Shown: positions 20,001 to 28,064 of the stretch, piece by piece
Position numbering within the stretch: position 1 is the first letter of the stretch
Layout of the letters: each line of letters opens with the position of its first letter
Virus record (IMG/VR): IMGVR_UViG_3300046501_000552
Span: 1 to 64,000 of that record
Reading direction: 5' to 3' (one strand)
DNA length: 64,000 nucleotides
DNA from: an uncultured virus (IMG/VR IMGVR_UViG_3300046501_000552)
Taxonomy: Duplodnaviria > Heunggongvirae > Uroviricota > Caudoviricetes
The notes under the pieces: generated by a model
The model's input: only the letters and a program-made list of their open reading frames with translations
Told to the model about the DNA's origin: nothing
Database searches by the model: none
Position numbers and translations under genes: made by a program

Positions 20001-20411
20001 CCGGCTCCGGCACTGAAGTCAACCCCGGCAACTGCTCCGGATGCAGCGCCGGTGGATAATGGTGCGAGCGCAGCAGTTAGCGCCCTGCCTGACTCCATCA
20101 ATAGCCAAACCGCGGCAGCCATGGGGGGCTTCCAGAATCGCAGTAAGGATCTGGCAGCCCAAAGCCAAGCCCAGTCGCAAGATCTGGCCAAAACACTCGG
20201 CCCGGTCTCTGATGTGCTCAAGCAATCGCTCGATGTCCAAAAGCAGATGCTGACGGCGTTGCAACAACTCGTGGGTTTTGCCGGTAAGCAAGGGAGCAAT
20301 TCTCAAGCGAACGCGAAGACTCCGACGGGGACACTCTCGCCTGATGCTATGCAAAGGAAGACACCGCAGCCGATGACGTCTGCTCCGGTTTCCATGTCCA
20401 AAGTGGCTTAA
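14097..20411 (+). CDS. tape-measure / lytic tail protein (phiKZ gp181-like) with C-terminal GH19 lysozyme-like domain
   Basis: About 2100 aa, Gly/Ala-rich helical body and hydrophobic segments; MAQMDHESGGF..ENLNY..IANRIYGGRMGN..GWNYRGRGVVQLTGKANY..INGG..GL.DR is a GH19 signature. Divergent from vRNAP beta' as in phiKZ. Confidence 0.85.
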   Translation: MAKQQKFTLNDFQFDKNLDVPDFDFDLKPPKDNRKPVTKVAAGLKEGISLSAKNSEFIKGVIEKALPRGYGSAYDLAEKSFGSIKSLYDDTTKEIRPFMNDLKRTTARLLPKVEQAMPDKLKKQVKDWTETADAKPGSSNYDPREAEISAMLAGFAQVQSELQYKQTTESDTKDRLREGLEQVRHRDKLKQMDSLRVGIAQLVDYQSNVTANYHRKSLELQYRHYFVAVDALEETKRSNAEMRLLLQSVVHNTALPEQAKLKASDTFKDMAKQQAMKLIGGTILGRGQEFLNNLTGNLKKNALRTVKGGLGHGRSGMDMLNGVLDADDMARAMGMQTDPYHAGGMVAGAFGTGIIGQWLAKKMAPHLQKMPGVKKFGNKLQYGVENVPQMLGEWARSNKHENGGITDGLVRFLKMNVRSSQKMQTGLQKDTVEGMGEPSYFSRQSAKSLNEIIPGYLARILRELQVTRTGDPNVEMTHYDYTKNKFDTQSNVRTNAFKSLVKDNERKWTTESIDSLIDEVTTKTGKTLTPEQKKILGSQLLRNNVKGRLGGEEVLGNRRRYDGDAAPHADAFADLFKTYFRNDHDNERKHSFANAYNAFGQYASASREKVQHFSNLGMNDFLNEAGLLNDDEDGVKLEQFFDYYYGKDFNPAAGSTANGFRPAQAGAAAAAVGPRRRRRRGNAGSIGRANRGGVHQALSQLAAGPVPSFATPGLITPSFVPTTANAGAYSPQPNAAVGTPKYRQQLANYLQKLGVPVQQVNALVEQTVSAMGATAHGAVQGAAGLQAAGTQRAGGFFSNARDHAREFANRTASGARALHENAKNHIETLLEKLSEGVGSISDGIKAIQERFAEALPVMVVGNAADGSIPTGAAGTGRKVRWWNKSIKDGVKSLASGAWGGMKSAGKLGNWLVGSSFGGLFGTAKAVGGMATGLAGKVIDKARGFKDVYSEETGPRKVLLYAARLKAGEYFDVKTGKPVKTWRDIQGAVADASGIVMTEEQASTAYVREGLAKKALRGLGAGVKVASKLGSFLGGNLLGGPLAGYKAIAKLGELAIKGALGYANGPQDVYVFDKDHPKRLRKALDAKTMRAGGYHSAVNDKAIKSPKDIDGEVYNYKGVTVLDEEEFKRGLYDKNGNPLKHGVARLLSGATKILGGGFGALKWLAGGVNQGIGHAFGLGKGMFSGLGSLFGKTGIFFGGGKKLMSAVEEIRDLLKDRLPERHRIRKGSIEDQHKSRKEQLEEEWKKHLGQNGQGDDSQKKGGILSLLSGLFKRKKKKDDDEDDSKGGLVDGVESAVEQTIADKILGKIPGGKLLRKIPGLGRLFGKGGAGAAAGAAENIVGGAAKQGLGTRIMGGLKWGKGLGAGMALTGASALANATGHDTIGKGLGYAGDAATGWSLASGAAGLLGVEGGALGLAGAAGGTLLTGLGAVLASPVLLPALGIAAAGAAVYSGYRLLTRNKLDALSKIRYAQYGWKPEDDGNVHKVFALENALMPGVTYVGGQAQIDPKKVDIKSAVEGLGVDLKDKDQVQNFATWYVRRFKPVFITHLTILNNIKKGTALSDANDKLSSAEKKTFLQGIRMPADPYNSMVSPIPGEKQLSAGADDVKAVMDEVQAANDKEVEKDKDKKTNDKADKAKDEAKHDAATKGDNKPEPSWMDNLKSGISNAWDKTKQFAGNAWDATKSAASSVGSAASSLISGAGDALKSGYQAAKGAAGKIGATLTASASAIKGALIAAMKTAGMSDPTEQAMFMAQMDHESGGFKSLSENLNYRPSVLASLFKSHFNGEGDAANVAAAGPQAIANRIYGGRMGNTGPDDGWNYRGRGVVQLTGKANYAKYGKMTGLDLVNNPDLASDPANAAKIALAYWKDRVSSAAAKAGDVLSVTKAINGGTNGLSDRQAKFQAYLGQAQQGQLGGKPDPNAKAGEAGTQVASTGGAPATGSAGGAGAAGATGAAAGGIIKVADQTPGPAPALKSTPATAPDAAPVDNGASAAVSALPDSINSQTAAAMGGFQNRSKDLAAQSQAQSQDLAKTLGPVSDVLKQSLDVQKQMLTALQQLVGFAGKQGSNSQANAKTPTGTLSPDAMQRKTPQPMTSAPVSMSKVA

Positions 20412-20414
20412 CAC

Positions 20415-20443
20415 GAGGGGAGCTTCGGCTCCCCTCTTTATTT
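20415..20443 (+). terminator. intrinsic terminator
   Basis: GAGGGGAGC-TTCG-GCTCCCCTC-TTTATTT. Confidence 0.8.
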
Positions 20444-20456
20444 CGTAGGAGCAGCC

Positions 20457-22568
20457 GTGGCTTCAACAGTCTCGCTGAATAATCTTGAAAAAGACGCCTC
20501 GTGGGTACGGCAGTCTTTTCTGGTGAACCTGTCGCACCTGCAACCGGTGGATCAGCAAAACCGGATCTTCACGCCGGTGAGTCTGGACTTTCAGGACACC
20601 CGCCCAGGCGGGAGTTTGTGTATCAACCCGCCCCCGCAGTTTACCCGCAACGCGGATCTGAAACCCCGCGCGCCCAACGGGAGCTGGAACCCCAACCAGG
20701 TCAATCGGGCCGGGAATACTGGTTATGGTCGCTATTACGGGGAAGCCATCGCCGCGAACTCGCAGATCATCAATATCCGTTGTGGTCTGCCCTCGTTCAA
20801 TTCGTTGACGACCTTCTTCACGGGCTTCTATAACACCAGCGCAGGTACCCTGGCACGCACCGGACGAGCACCCTCAGCGTTTTATGAGCTGGGCCGCGCC
20901 GCAGGCTTTGTAGTCTCGATCCTGTCGTGGAAGTTGCTGGCCGTGACGCTCCTGGGTAATGCAGCACGCTTCTTCTTGCAAAAGCCCTCGAGCAAGTTCT
21001 ACTACTCGAAGCCTGCCATGCCACTTTACTGGAACGCGGTGCAAACCATCGTCAACCAGATTGCGGTGAACATGGGGATTGTGCCACGGATTGGCGGCAC
21101 CTCGCTTGCCCAACAACTGGGGGAAGGCTATCAGTTCGATGCTAAAGCACAAACGCAGCTGCATCAGCTCTTGCCCGACATCATCAACGAAGGCGGTTCG
21201 ATCAACGTCTACGCGATGGCCAACCGGGCGCAGCGCCTGGCGACCCTGCATCAGAACAACCTGAAGCAGGCGTTTAATGCCGATAACCTCGATCTAACGA
21301 GCGCGGTGCAGAAGGCCTATAGCCAGTCCTTGAAAGATAACGGTGGCACGGGTTGGAGTGATTACCTGAAGAAGTGGCTGGGTTCGTCTCAGGCCGTTCC
21401 GCAAGCCGCCGGGGGTGGGGGTGAGAGTTCGACCACGGAGTCGCTCAATAACGACGACAATGGCACGACCGCTCCGAATCAGGCTTACGATGCAGGCTTC
21501 TTCGAATTCCTTGGCTCAGAGATCAATGACGGCTCGGCCTTTGTGGGCTTTCGGGTCAATGCAACTGGTCCAGTGGGTGAGTCGTTTTCCAGTCAGGCGC
21601 AGGAATCGGAAATCGCGCAGAAGATCAATAGCATCTCCTCGCAGGCCCGCTCGGCTGAGTTTGATCTGGCCAATGGTAACCTGGGGGGTGGGGCGATCGG
21701 CGGCATGATCACCAGCGCCTTCGGTGCGGTGGGCAATTTCATCAAAGGCGGGCTGGACTCCTTGCATTTGTCGGGTCTGGCCGCTCTGGGCGGTGCAGCG
21801 TTTGTGGACATCCCGCGTTCCTGGCAGTCGTCCGCCGCGTCCTTGCCCCGTATGAGCTACACCATCAACTTGGTGAGCCCGTATGGCAATCGCGTCTCGC
21901 AGCTGCTTAATCTCTACGTGCCGCTGGCGATGCTGCTCGCCATGACCTTGCCGATTGCAACCGGTAAGCAGTCCTACACCAGTCCGTTCCTGTGTGAGAT
22001 CTTTGACCGGGGTCGTTGCCAGTCGCGTTTGTCCATGGTGGAGAGCTTGTCAATTACCCGCGGTACGGGCAACACAGGCTTTAACAACAAGGGCCACGCG
22101 ATGGGCATTGAAGTGAGCATTACGTTCATGGACATGTCCACGGTGCTCGCGATGCCGATCAGTCAGGGCTTCTCCTCCAATGCCATGGCAGCAGGCAGTG
22201 AGATTGGCGCCGTCGCAGGTGGGGTGGTGGGTGCAGGCGGGGGTCCGCTGACGGCGATCGGGGGTGCAGCACTCGGCGGGGCAGTCGGCGGCGCACTCGG
22301 TGCGGGTGCCGATGCCTTGAACAATGCCGCGCAAACCATCGGCTCGATGTTCGACGATGACAATACCTTCACGGATTACATGGCGGTGTTGTCAGGCATG
22401 GGTCTTACGGACCAGATCTACTCGATGAACAAGTTCAAGCTTAACTTGACTCGCGCCATGACGAGCTGGAAGACCTGGTATAGCACGGCGCATTTTGCCA
22501 GCTTTGCCGGAGATACCTTGCCGGGCAGTTTAGTTTCCGCGATCTTTGGTCGCACCGTCCGTAACTAA
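20457..22568 (+). CDS. virion baseplate/tail protein (phiKZ gp182-like position)
   Basis: 703 aa, AGGAG Shine-Dalgarno + GTG, directly downstream of the tape measure; P..WQSS...YTI.L.SPYGN tube/hub-like segment. Confidence 0.7.
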   Translation: MASTVSLNNLEKDASWVRQSFLVNLSHLQPVDQQNRIFTPVSLDFQDTRPGGSLCINPPPQFTRNADLKPRAPNGSWNPNQVNRAGNTGYGRYYGEAIAANSQIINIRCGLPSFNSLTTFFTGFYNTSAGTLARTGRAPSAFYELGRAAGFVVSILSWKLLAVTLLGNAARFFLQKPSSKFYYSKPAMPLYWNAVQTIVNQIAVNMGIVPRIGGTSLAQQLGEGYQFDAKAQTQLHQLLPDIINEGGSINVYAMANRAQRLATLHQNNLKQAFNADNLDLTSAVQKAYSQSLKDNGGTGWSDYLKKWLGSSQAVPQAAGGGGESSTTESLNNDDNGTTAPNQAYDAGFFEFLGSEINDGSAFVGFRVNATGPVGESFSSQAQESEIAQKINSISSQARSAEFDLANGNLGGGAIGGMITSAFGAVGNFIKGGLDSLHLSGLAALGGAAFVDIPRSWQSSAASLPRMSYTINLVSPYGNRVSQLLNLYVPLAMLLAMTLPIATGKQSYTSPFLCEIFDRGRCQSRLSMVESLSITRGTGNTGFNNKGHAMGIEVSITFMDMSTVLAMPISQGFSSNAMAAGSEIGAVAGGVVGAGGGPLTAIGGAALGGAVGGALGAGADALNNAAQTIGSMFDDDNTFTDYMAVLSGMGLTDQIYSMNKFKLNLTRAMTSWKTWYSTAHFASFAGDTLPGSLVSAIFGRTVRN

Positions 22569-22572
22569 TCGA

Positions 22573-22610
22573 CGGCATAGAGGCCAGGGGAAACCCTGGC
22601 CCTTATGACG
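22573..22610. terminator. bidirectional hairpin flanked by CGGCATA / TATGACG
   Basis: GGCCAGGG-gaaa-CCCTGGCC between convergent genes. Confidence 0.75.
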
Positions 22611-22629
22611 TTGAAATAGACGATGAAGC

Positions 22630-24156
22630 TTAGTCGAACGTAATGCTCTTAGCCACGTAGCCTTGGCCGGTATCCTTGTTCGTGTAGACCCCACCAATCT
22701 GCCAGTGACCGTCGGGCCAGATGTAGTAGCCGTTCTGGTTCTTGACACCCGGATCGCTCAGGTCATAAGCCTGACCGGTATCCGGATTGATCGTCTTCGG
22801 GTCCGGAGCCGGGTTGACCGTTTGTCCCGTATTGGGCGAAACATTCGAGTAGCCGGTCGGCACTGTGATCGGTTGAGCCCCCGAAGCCAGTGCCAAGGGG
22901 TCTTGTGTGGAGGCCGACTGACTGTTGCCCTCAAACACCGTCATCGGAAACTGCGAGGCCAGTTTGTCCGCCACGGTGGATTGCTGCACCACCCCTGCCA
23001 AAGCCATCACGTTGTTGGTGCGATCCGTGGTGCTCGTCACGCCCTGCTGAATCACCTTCTTAAAATCATCCGAGCCATTGGTGATCGCATTCAGATTAAA
23101 TGCCGGATCGTTTTGTGTCACGTCATTACCGTCGGCATCGGTAATGGTGGTTTCCCGATTCAGCGTGGCCCAGTCTGGATCAACGCTACTGTACGCACTG
23201 GTCAGATTGCTAAAACAGTCCGCATAATCCACCTGGTTCGTATTGGACGAGGGTGGCGGCAAATAGTACGACGAACTGAAGTCCGCCAGGATGTTCGGGT
23301 TATAGGCGTAGGCGCCACGCGCCCCCAGGCTCGCACCAATTGACATTAGGCTGTGCACATCACCACTGGCAATCACTGAAGGCAATACCCTGGCCGTAAT
23401 CTGCGCGAGCATGCCGCGATCCGTAATGGCTGCTGTGAGCGAGCCGAACGAATTCGGAATCCCGTAGCCGCACGAGGTTTGAATCAGGCCCGCATACAGA
23501 CCGACCTTCACCCCAACGTCGTTGATATTGAAGTTCGCACTGATACCCAGCGAGTTAATACATTCCCCGAGCGCCTGCATGCCGCCCGCGTACGCCTGGT
23601 CCACTTGCTGCATCACCCCGCCTAGCTCAGCGTAGATCTGACTACCTACCTGACCCACGGCCTGGCCTACTGCGCCCTCGGCTGCACCAATTCCGGCATT
23701 GATGGAACTGGCGATATTGTCTAGTCCTGCTAGACCGAGCGCATTGAGCGCCCCTTTGGTGACGAGCGACGCCCCGAGGATGCGCGCCATGATGTCACCC
23801 TTTTGCAGCATGGTGACACCGCGCTGAATCTGACCCGCTACGCGCAAGCCAGCGCGCAAGCCTGCCATCACCGCCCCGGCTTCCTGGGCGATAAACTTCC
23901 CCCCGCGCAAGACGTCGGAGATGGAGAAGTCAAACTTCTGAAACAGATTCTGGACGTCCGTGATGATGGCATTGCCACCAGGGGGATTGTAGACGTCCGC
24001 GGTAGCCAGCGCGTTATCCGCTGAGCCGACCCAGGCATTTTGCGCCAGCGCGGCTTGCTGCGCAGACATTGCACCATTGACACCCGTCAGTGCCGTGCTG
24101 GTGCTCGCGGCCACAGCGTTAGTAGCGCTCTGAACCGCATCGGTAATAGACGGCAT
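22630..24156 (-). CDS. putative virion structural protein
   Basis: 508-aa Ala/Gly/Ser/Thr-rich ORF with GAGGA Shine-Dalgarno. Confidence 0.6.
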   Translation of the reverse strand: MPSITDAVQSATNAVAASTSTALTGVNGAMSAQQAALAQNAWVGSADNALATADVYNPPGGNAIITDVQNLFQKFDFSISDVLRGGKFIAQEAGAVMAGLRAGLRVAGQIQRGVTMLQKGDIMARILGASLVTKGALNALGLAGLDNIASSINAGIGAAEGAVGQAVGQVGSQIYAELGGVMQQVDQAYAGGMQALGECINSLGISANFNINDVGVKVGLYAGLIQTSCGYGIPNSFGSLTAAITDRGMLAQITARVLPSVIASGDVHSLMSIGASLGARGAYAYNPNILADFSSSYYLPPPSSNTNQVDYADCFSNLTSAYSSVDPDWATLNRETTITDADGNDVTQNDPAFNLNAITNGSDDFKKVIQQGVTSTTDRTNNVMALAGVVQQSTVADKLASQFPMTVFEGNSQSASTQDPLALASGAQPITVPTGYSNVSPNTGQTVNPAPDPKTINPDTGQAYDLSDPGVKNQNGYYIWPDGHWQIGGVYTNKDTGQGYVAKSITFD

Positions 24157-24171
24157 GGTGGTCCTCGAAAC

Positions 24172-24212
24172 AAAAAAAGAAGAAGGGGCATAGGGGAGGC
24201 CGAAGCCTCCCC
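24172..24212 (-). terminator. hairpin + TATGCC + T-tract
   Basis: GGGGAGGC-cgaa-GCCTCCCC; the minus strand continues TATGCCCCTTCTTCTTTTTTT. Confidence 0.75.
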
Positions 24213-24234
24213 GAGCGATACAACGCGAACTGCG

Positions 24235-24948
24235 TTAGTGCCCGTTCCGTTCCGGATTGGGATTGAACACGTCGCTGTAGTCGGGTTTATCCGGACGACG
24301 CCCTTCCTTCATCAACGTCCGAATGCTCTCCATCCCACGGGTGAACCAGGGAGCAATCTGCGGACGAATCGGAAAACCGGGGTCGTTGGCGCTGGCTTCC
24401 TTACCACGAAAAATGTAGTAGTGATCGAACGGCAACTCAGAAGCCACAAAGAGCGCTTTGAGGTGGTCATTCTGTTCGATCTTGAAGTAGTTCGCCTCCA
24501 TAATGATCTGGTGAAAATTGGCGATCCAGCGCACACCCAAGTTGCGCGTCTCGCGCTTGGCCGTCATGCCGGAGACATAACGCCAGCGGTCATCGCGCGT
24601 TGTATCTCGCACATAGCCCCAGAATCCCTCGACTGAACGAAAGCGCCCAAACTGCGGGTGCTCGAACTTTGACGCGAACTGATGCACCAGCATGCGGCCC
24701 AATTCAGTCTGCGCAAACGCATCGATGTTGATATGCGTGTTACCGTCTTCCAGAACGAGCGGATGCACCGGCACCTGCACTTCCTCCGTTACTGCTTGCA
24801 TGACATTCTCCGCGGGTTTGGCTCCCGTCCTTGTATTGTCTTGTGCGTTTGCCCCAGCGCCCGACTTCTCCTGGGACGCTTCTCGGCGGCGTTCGTCACT
24901 AATGTTCGGGAAACGCACTCTTCCCTTGCGTTCACGATCATTGAACAT
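24235..24948 (-). CDS. NADAR-like (T4 gp30.3-like) protein
   Basis: HINI...TELGRML...F..P.FGRFRSVEGFW...R..SG..AK...K..QN..L..L...S.LPF.HYY resembles phage NADAR proteins; the N-terminal ~60 aa look disordered. Confidence 0.55.
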   Translation of the reverse strand: MFNDRERKGRVRFPNISDERRREASQEKSGAGANAQDNTRTGAKPAENVMQAVTEEVQVPVHPLVLEDGNTHINIDAFAQTELGRMLVHQFASKFEHPQFGRFRSVEGFWGYVRDTTRDDRWRYVSGMTAKRETRNLGVRWIANFHQIIMEANYFKIEQNDHLKALFVASELPFDHYYIFRGKEASANDPGFPIRPQIAPWFTRGMESIRTLMKEGRRPDKPDYSDVFNPNPERNGH

Positions 24949-25011
24949 TCCTTCTATCCTCGCGCTCGATTAGTTCAACCCGAGCTGACAGCACTCGGGA
25001 ACGAAGATGGC

Positions 25012-25437
25012 TCATTCGTCTCCCTTAGGTGTGTTGTCAGTCAACGTCTGAGTAGGCACCGTGCGGTCGCCCAGATTCACATCTGTGCTAAACGCAATTT
25101 CACGCCCGTGTTTATCGCGCGCGATGATGCACACCTCGAAGTGAACAAACTGCATGAACATCATGGCCTTGCAGAACACTTTCCACGTCATCTGCGGCCG
25201 GGCGAATTCCTTCGTCAAATTCCCCCGCATGCTGGTCTGATCCTTACGCGTATTCGGTACGCCGTTACGCGGATCGTTCAGGAACGCATGCATTAGGATG
25301 TTCCACCGGTTCTCATTGACGTTCATGGTCAGCAAGAGCTTCCGGAAGAGGCGAGAGAGCACCCCGTTCGGACCGTATGTGCCGCCTACGTCCTTGTCGG
25401 TTTTGGCGAGGATGTTCGCCATCTGATTCTTTGCCAT
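25012..25437 (-). CDS. conserved jumbo-phage hypothetical protein
   Basis: ATG 25437 with GAGG Shine-Dalgarno; GVLSRLFR...RGNLTKEFARPQMTWKVF. Confidence 0.7.
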   Translation of the reverse strand: MAKNQMANILAKTDKDVGGTYGPNGVLSRLFRKLLLTMNVNENRWNILMHAFLNDPRNGVPNTRKDQTSMRGNLTKEFARPQMTWKVFCKAMMFMQFVHFEVCIIARDKHGREIAFSTDVNLGDRTVPTQTLTDNTPKGDE

Positions 25438-25487
25438 TTGTACCTCGCGTTTCAATTGTAAATCGCTATTAAGTCCTGCGCCTTGTT

Positions 25488-26048
25488 TTACTTCTTGCCC
25501 TGCTCGAGCCCCACCTCCACCAATGCGGTGCTCAGTTCCCGCAACTGCACAAAGAGCCGTGACAGCATACGAAAGTTGTGCTCGTGGATACCGTGCGTCG
25601 CGGTGTCTGATTCACGCATCAGCTCACACAGTCGCAGGCCCGCTACCTTAAACTTCTGCACGCTTTGTGCCACGTCCAAGTAGTAGCCGCCACTTGCGAT
25701 AAAGAGCCGGTCAAACTGCACCAGCACTTCATCGGGTTTCATCCAGCCAGGCGGTATTGGCGTTTCTTTCAATACCATCGCCGAGGTATCCAGCAGACGT
25801 TTGGTGAACGCTTCCAGATTAGCGATGTCTTCACCGAGCTTCACCTGCTTGGCATAGTACGGTTGATAGCCAATGTACTTGTCCGGCTCCAGCAGGGTCA
25901 AAATTTCTTCGCAGCTCTGGCGATGCGGCTTCTTCTCCGGAATCTCCTTAAGCCGCCTCTTCAGTGCTTCGTACTGCGCGCGCGTGTTATGGTCACGCAG
26001 CCCCTGGCTGACCCGCATCACCCAGTTCTTCCAGCGATCAACGAACAT
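25488..26048 (-). CDS. hypothetical protein
   Basis: 186-aa ORF with GAGG Shine-Dalgarno, downstream of the putative early promoter. Confidence 0.7.
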   Translation of the reverse strand: MFVDRWKNWVMRVSQGLRDHNTRAQYEALKRRLKEIPEKKPHRQSCEEILTLLEPDKYIGYQPYYAKQVKLGEDIANLEAFTKRLLDTSAMVLKETPIPPGWMKPDEVLVQFDRLFIASGGYYLDVAQSVQKFKVAGLRLCELMRESDTATHGIHEHNFRMLSRLFVQLRELSTALVEVGLEQGKK

Positions 26049-26162
26049 AACGCCCTCTTTGTAAATTCGCCTATTTACGGTGCCTTTTGACCGATACTAT
26101 GACTCCAGCCCCCGTCAAGCATAGGGGCATTGGATAAGGACACCTTGTTACTTATCTCCAAT

Positions 26163-26172
26163 TAGTAATATA
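26163..26172 (-). promoter_or_regulatory. putative early promoter TATATTACTA
   Basis: phiKZ early-promoter core in a divergent intergenic region; identical to 4461-4470. Confidence 0.65.
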
Positions 26173-26198
26173 TCGCTGAGTTTTTTAAGGATACGACC

Positions 26199-26645
26199 AT
26201 GTCTGCACATCAGGAAGTCGAAGTCGTGGGGCCCGCCGATGCGGATGAGGCCGTACTCGACTATACCCAAGGAATGCGGAAGCAGATTGTTGGCGTGCTC
26301 GCTAAGAATCTGGAAAACCTCGCCGACCCCAAAATCGTGGGCACCATCTCCCAAGTGCTCGACGGCATGGACCGACAGGCGCTCGGTAAGATGAAGCTGC
26401 GCGTCGAAGAAGCGCAGGTGATGAATCAAGAAGGCATGGCGGCCAACATCGCGGAGATCTTGCGCCAGATGGGCAGCGGCGGTCATAACTTCCAAGCCGC
26501 TGAACCTGTTCCAAGGGAGGTTCCGAAGCTCGGAAGCGATGTACCCGACCCCGTCCTGGTGGAAGGGGAAGTTGCCACTACGCCGATTCAGCAAGACTTC
26601 GATTCGTTCCACGCTCAGTTTGCACCGGTGGACGGTGCAGACTAA
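26199..26645 (+). CDS. hypothetical protein
   Basis: 148-aa acidic ORF with AAGGA Shine-Dalgarno. Confidence 0.75.
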   Translation: MSAHQEVEVVGPADADEAVLDYTQGMRKQIVGVLAKNLENLADPKIVGTISQVLDGMDRQALGKMKLRVEEAQVMNQEGMAANIAEILRQMGSGGHNFQAAEPVPREVPKLGSDVPDPVLVEGEVATTPIQQDFDSFHAQFAPVDGAD

Positions 26646-26675
26646 CGGAAACCCGCTCCAAACCGTGACTGTGCT

Positions 26676-26733
26676 CCGCACCCACCTCGACCGCTCCAGA
26701 AGTGGGGTCGAGGGGTGCGGGGCGTTTATGCCG
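26676..26733. terminator. hairpin + TTTATGCCG between convergent genes
   Basis: CGCACCC-a-CCTCGACC...GGTCGAGG-GGTGCG followed by GGGCGTTTATGCCG. Confidence 0.6.
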
Positions 26734-27454
26734 GTTCGGAAGGTCGAATTATGCTGAAGTATTCGACATCGATCAAGTTCAGGCCGACGAGCGACCGTCC
26801 CAGGATCTCTACAGCTTGCAGTGGATGGGCTGCACGCTTGATGACTTGCTGCAATTCTTTGTCGCTTGGCTTATCCGCGAAGAATATCGCTGGCGCGAAT
26901 ATTGAGACATCTTGGATAGGCGTTGCTTGCTTCGATGTGGGTCCAAAATGCAGACTCATCCAAGGATCGTACTCGTACATCAACAAGCTCGAATACGACT
27001 GCTGTTTAACGTACAGAGGAGAAAGCTCTTGTGGGCGCATATGTACGAGCTCAACCGGTGCGAGCCCTGAAATCCAGGTCGCAATGACCTTGCCCAACTC
27101 AGCTTCTTCTTCGACGCTCAGCACGTAAGGGAACGTATTAATGACGACTTTTGCACTCTCGTGATACGGGCGTACAGTCGCCTGTTCCTTCAGATAACGC
27201 ACTAGCGAATTCAGGAGGAACACCGCTTTAGTCGCGCGTGAGAACTTGAGCGTCTCTACGTCGCGCTTGGAGTACAGGTCACGGTAGACCTGCATATCCA
27301 CGTCTGCGAACACGTCGCAGTCGCGTTTATGATAACTCCCGGACAACAATACAGCTTCGGCTACATGGTCGCCCATGCGTGCCAGGGTCCCGAGCCGTGT
27401 ATCGAGCAGAGCATCAAGCTCGGCGTATACGACGGCAACCGCTGATTGATCCAT
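26726..27454 (-). CDS. hypothetical protein (degenerate HAD-like N-terminus possible)
   Basis: 242-aa ORF; VYAELDALLDTR start motif. Confidence 0.7.
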   Translation of the reverse strand: MDQSAVAVVYAELDALLDTRLGTLARMGDHVAEAVLLSGSYHKRDCDVFADVDMQVYRDLYSKRDVETLKFSRATKAVFLLNSLVRYLKEQATVRPYHESAKVVINTFPYVLSVEEEAELGKVIATWISGLAPVELVHMRPQELSPLYVKQQSYSSLLMYEYDPWMSLHFGPTSKQATPIQDVSIFAPAIFFADKPSDKELQQVIKRAAHPLQAVEILGRSLVGLNLIDVEYFSIIRPSEPA

Positions 27455-27521
27455 TCATTCCTGCCAGGCTTATTGTTATTGACCTGGCGCCCCGTTAAAT
27501 ATCTGACATCGCCATCGGCCC

Positions 27522-28064
27522 TCAGGCCTCCGGCATTTGGCCGTGGATCGGTTTGACGAATAGCTTAATCAGCATCGCCACGACAACCCACTTATTGGCT
27601 CTGAGGTATTTTTTTACAGTATCAGTCGGTGATAGACGCGCGCTAAGGTCTTTCGACATTAGCACGTAACCTTTGTCCTCACCGTCTTCATCTGCCGCAC
27701 ATCCCCAGCTCAATGTATCTACCAGACCAGTAAATTTTACTTTTCCCTCACCCCAGCGGGCAAAAAAGGTGAAAGTGAGCAGCATGATAAAATCACGGGT
27801 GAACTCGTCGACCATGAAGAGATCATCGAGATGGGCTGGCCCTTCCGGCGAGACCCAGACCCAGGGTTTCTCTTGCACCACGATGTTGTTGATAAACATC
27901 AGGAGCTTTTCCCTGAGTGCCTCATCCCGGTACTGCTCCAGCACAGTTTTAATCGCCGCCTCGAAAGCCCCGGCGACGACTTCCATGTCATCGTTGGTGA
28001 ACACGTTCGGGTCGGCGACATCTTTCGGATTGCGCCATGCACTATCTGCTTTAAAACCACTCAC
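27522..28064 (-). CDS. hypothetical protein
   Basis: 180-aa ORF, GTGA-coupled to the upstream gene. Confidence 0.65.
   Translation of the reverse strand: MSGFKADSAWRNPKDVADPNVFTNDDMEVVAGAFEAAIKTVLEQYRDEALREKLLMFINNIVVQEKPWVWVSPEGPAHLDDLFMVDEFTRDFIMLLTFTFFARWGEGKVKFTGLVDTLSWGCAADEDGEDKGYVLMSKDLSARLSPTDTVKKYLRANKWVVVAMLIKLFVKPIHGQMPEA

Noticed and set aside
24938..25015. 25-aa bridging ORF MSHLRSRVLSARVELIEREDRRNVQ
   Set aside because: It is ATGA-coupled but very short, overlaps a hairpin and has no features; it cannot be supported.
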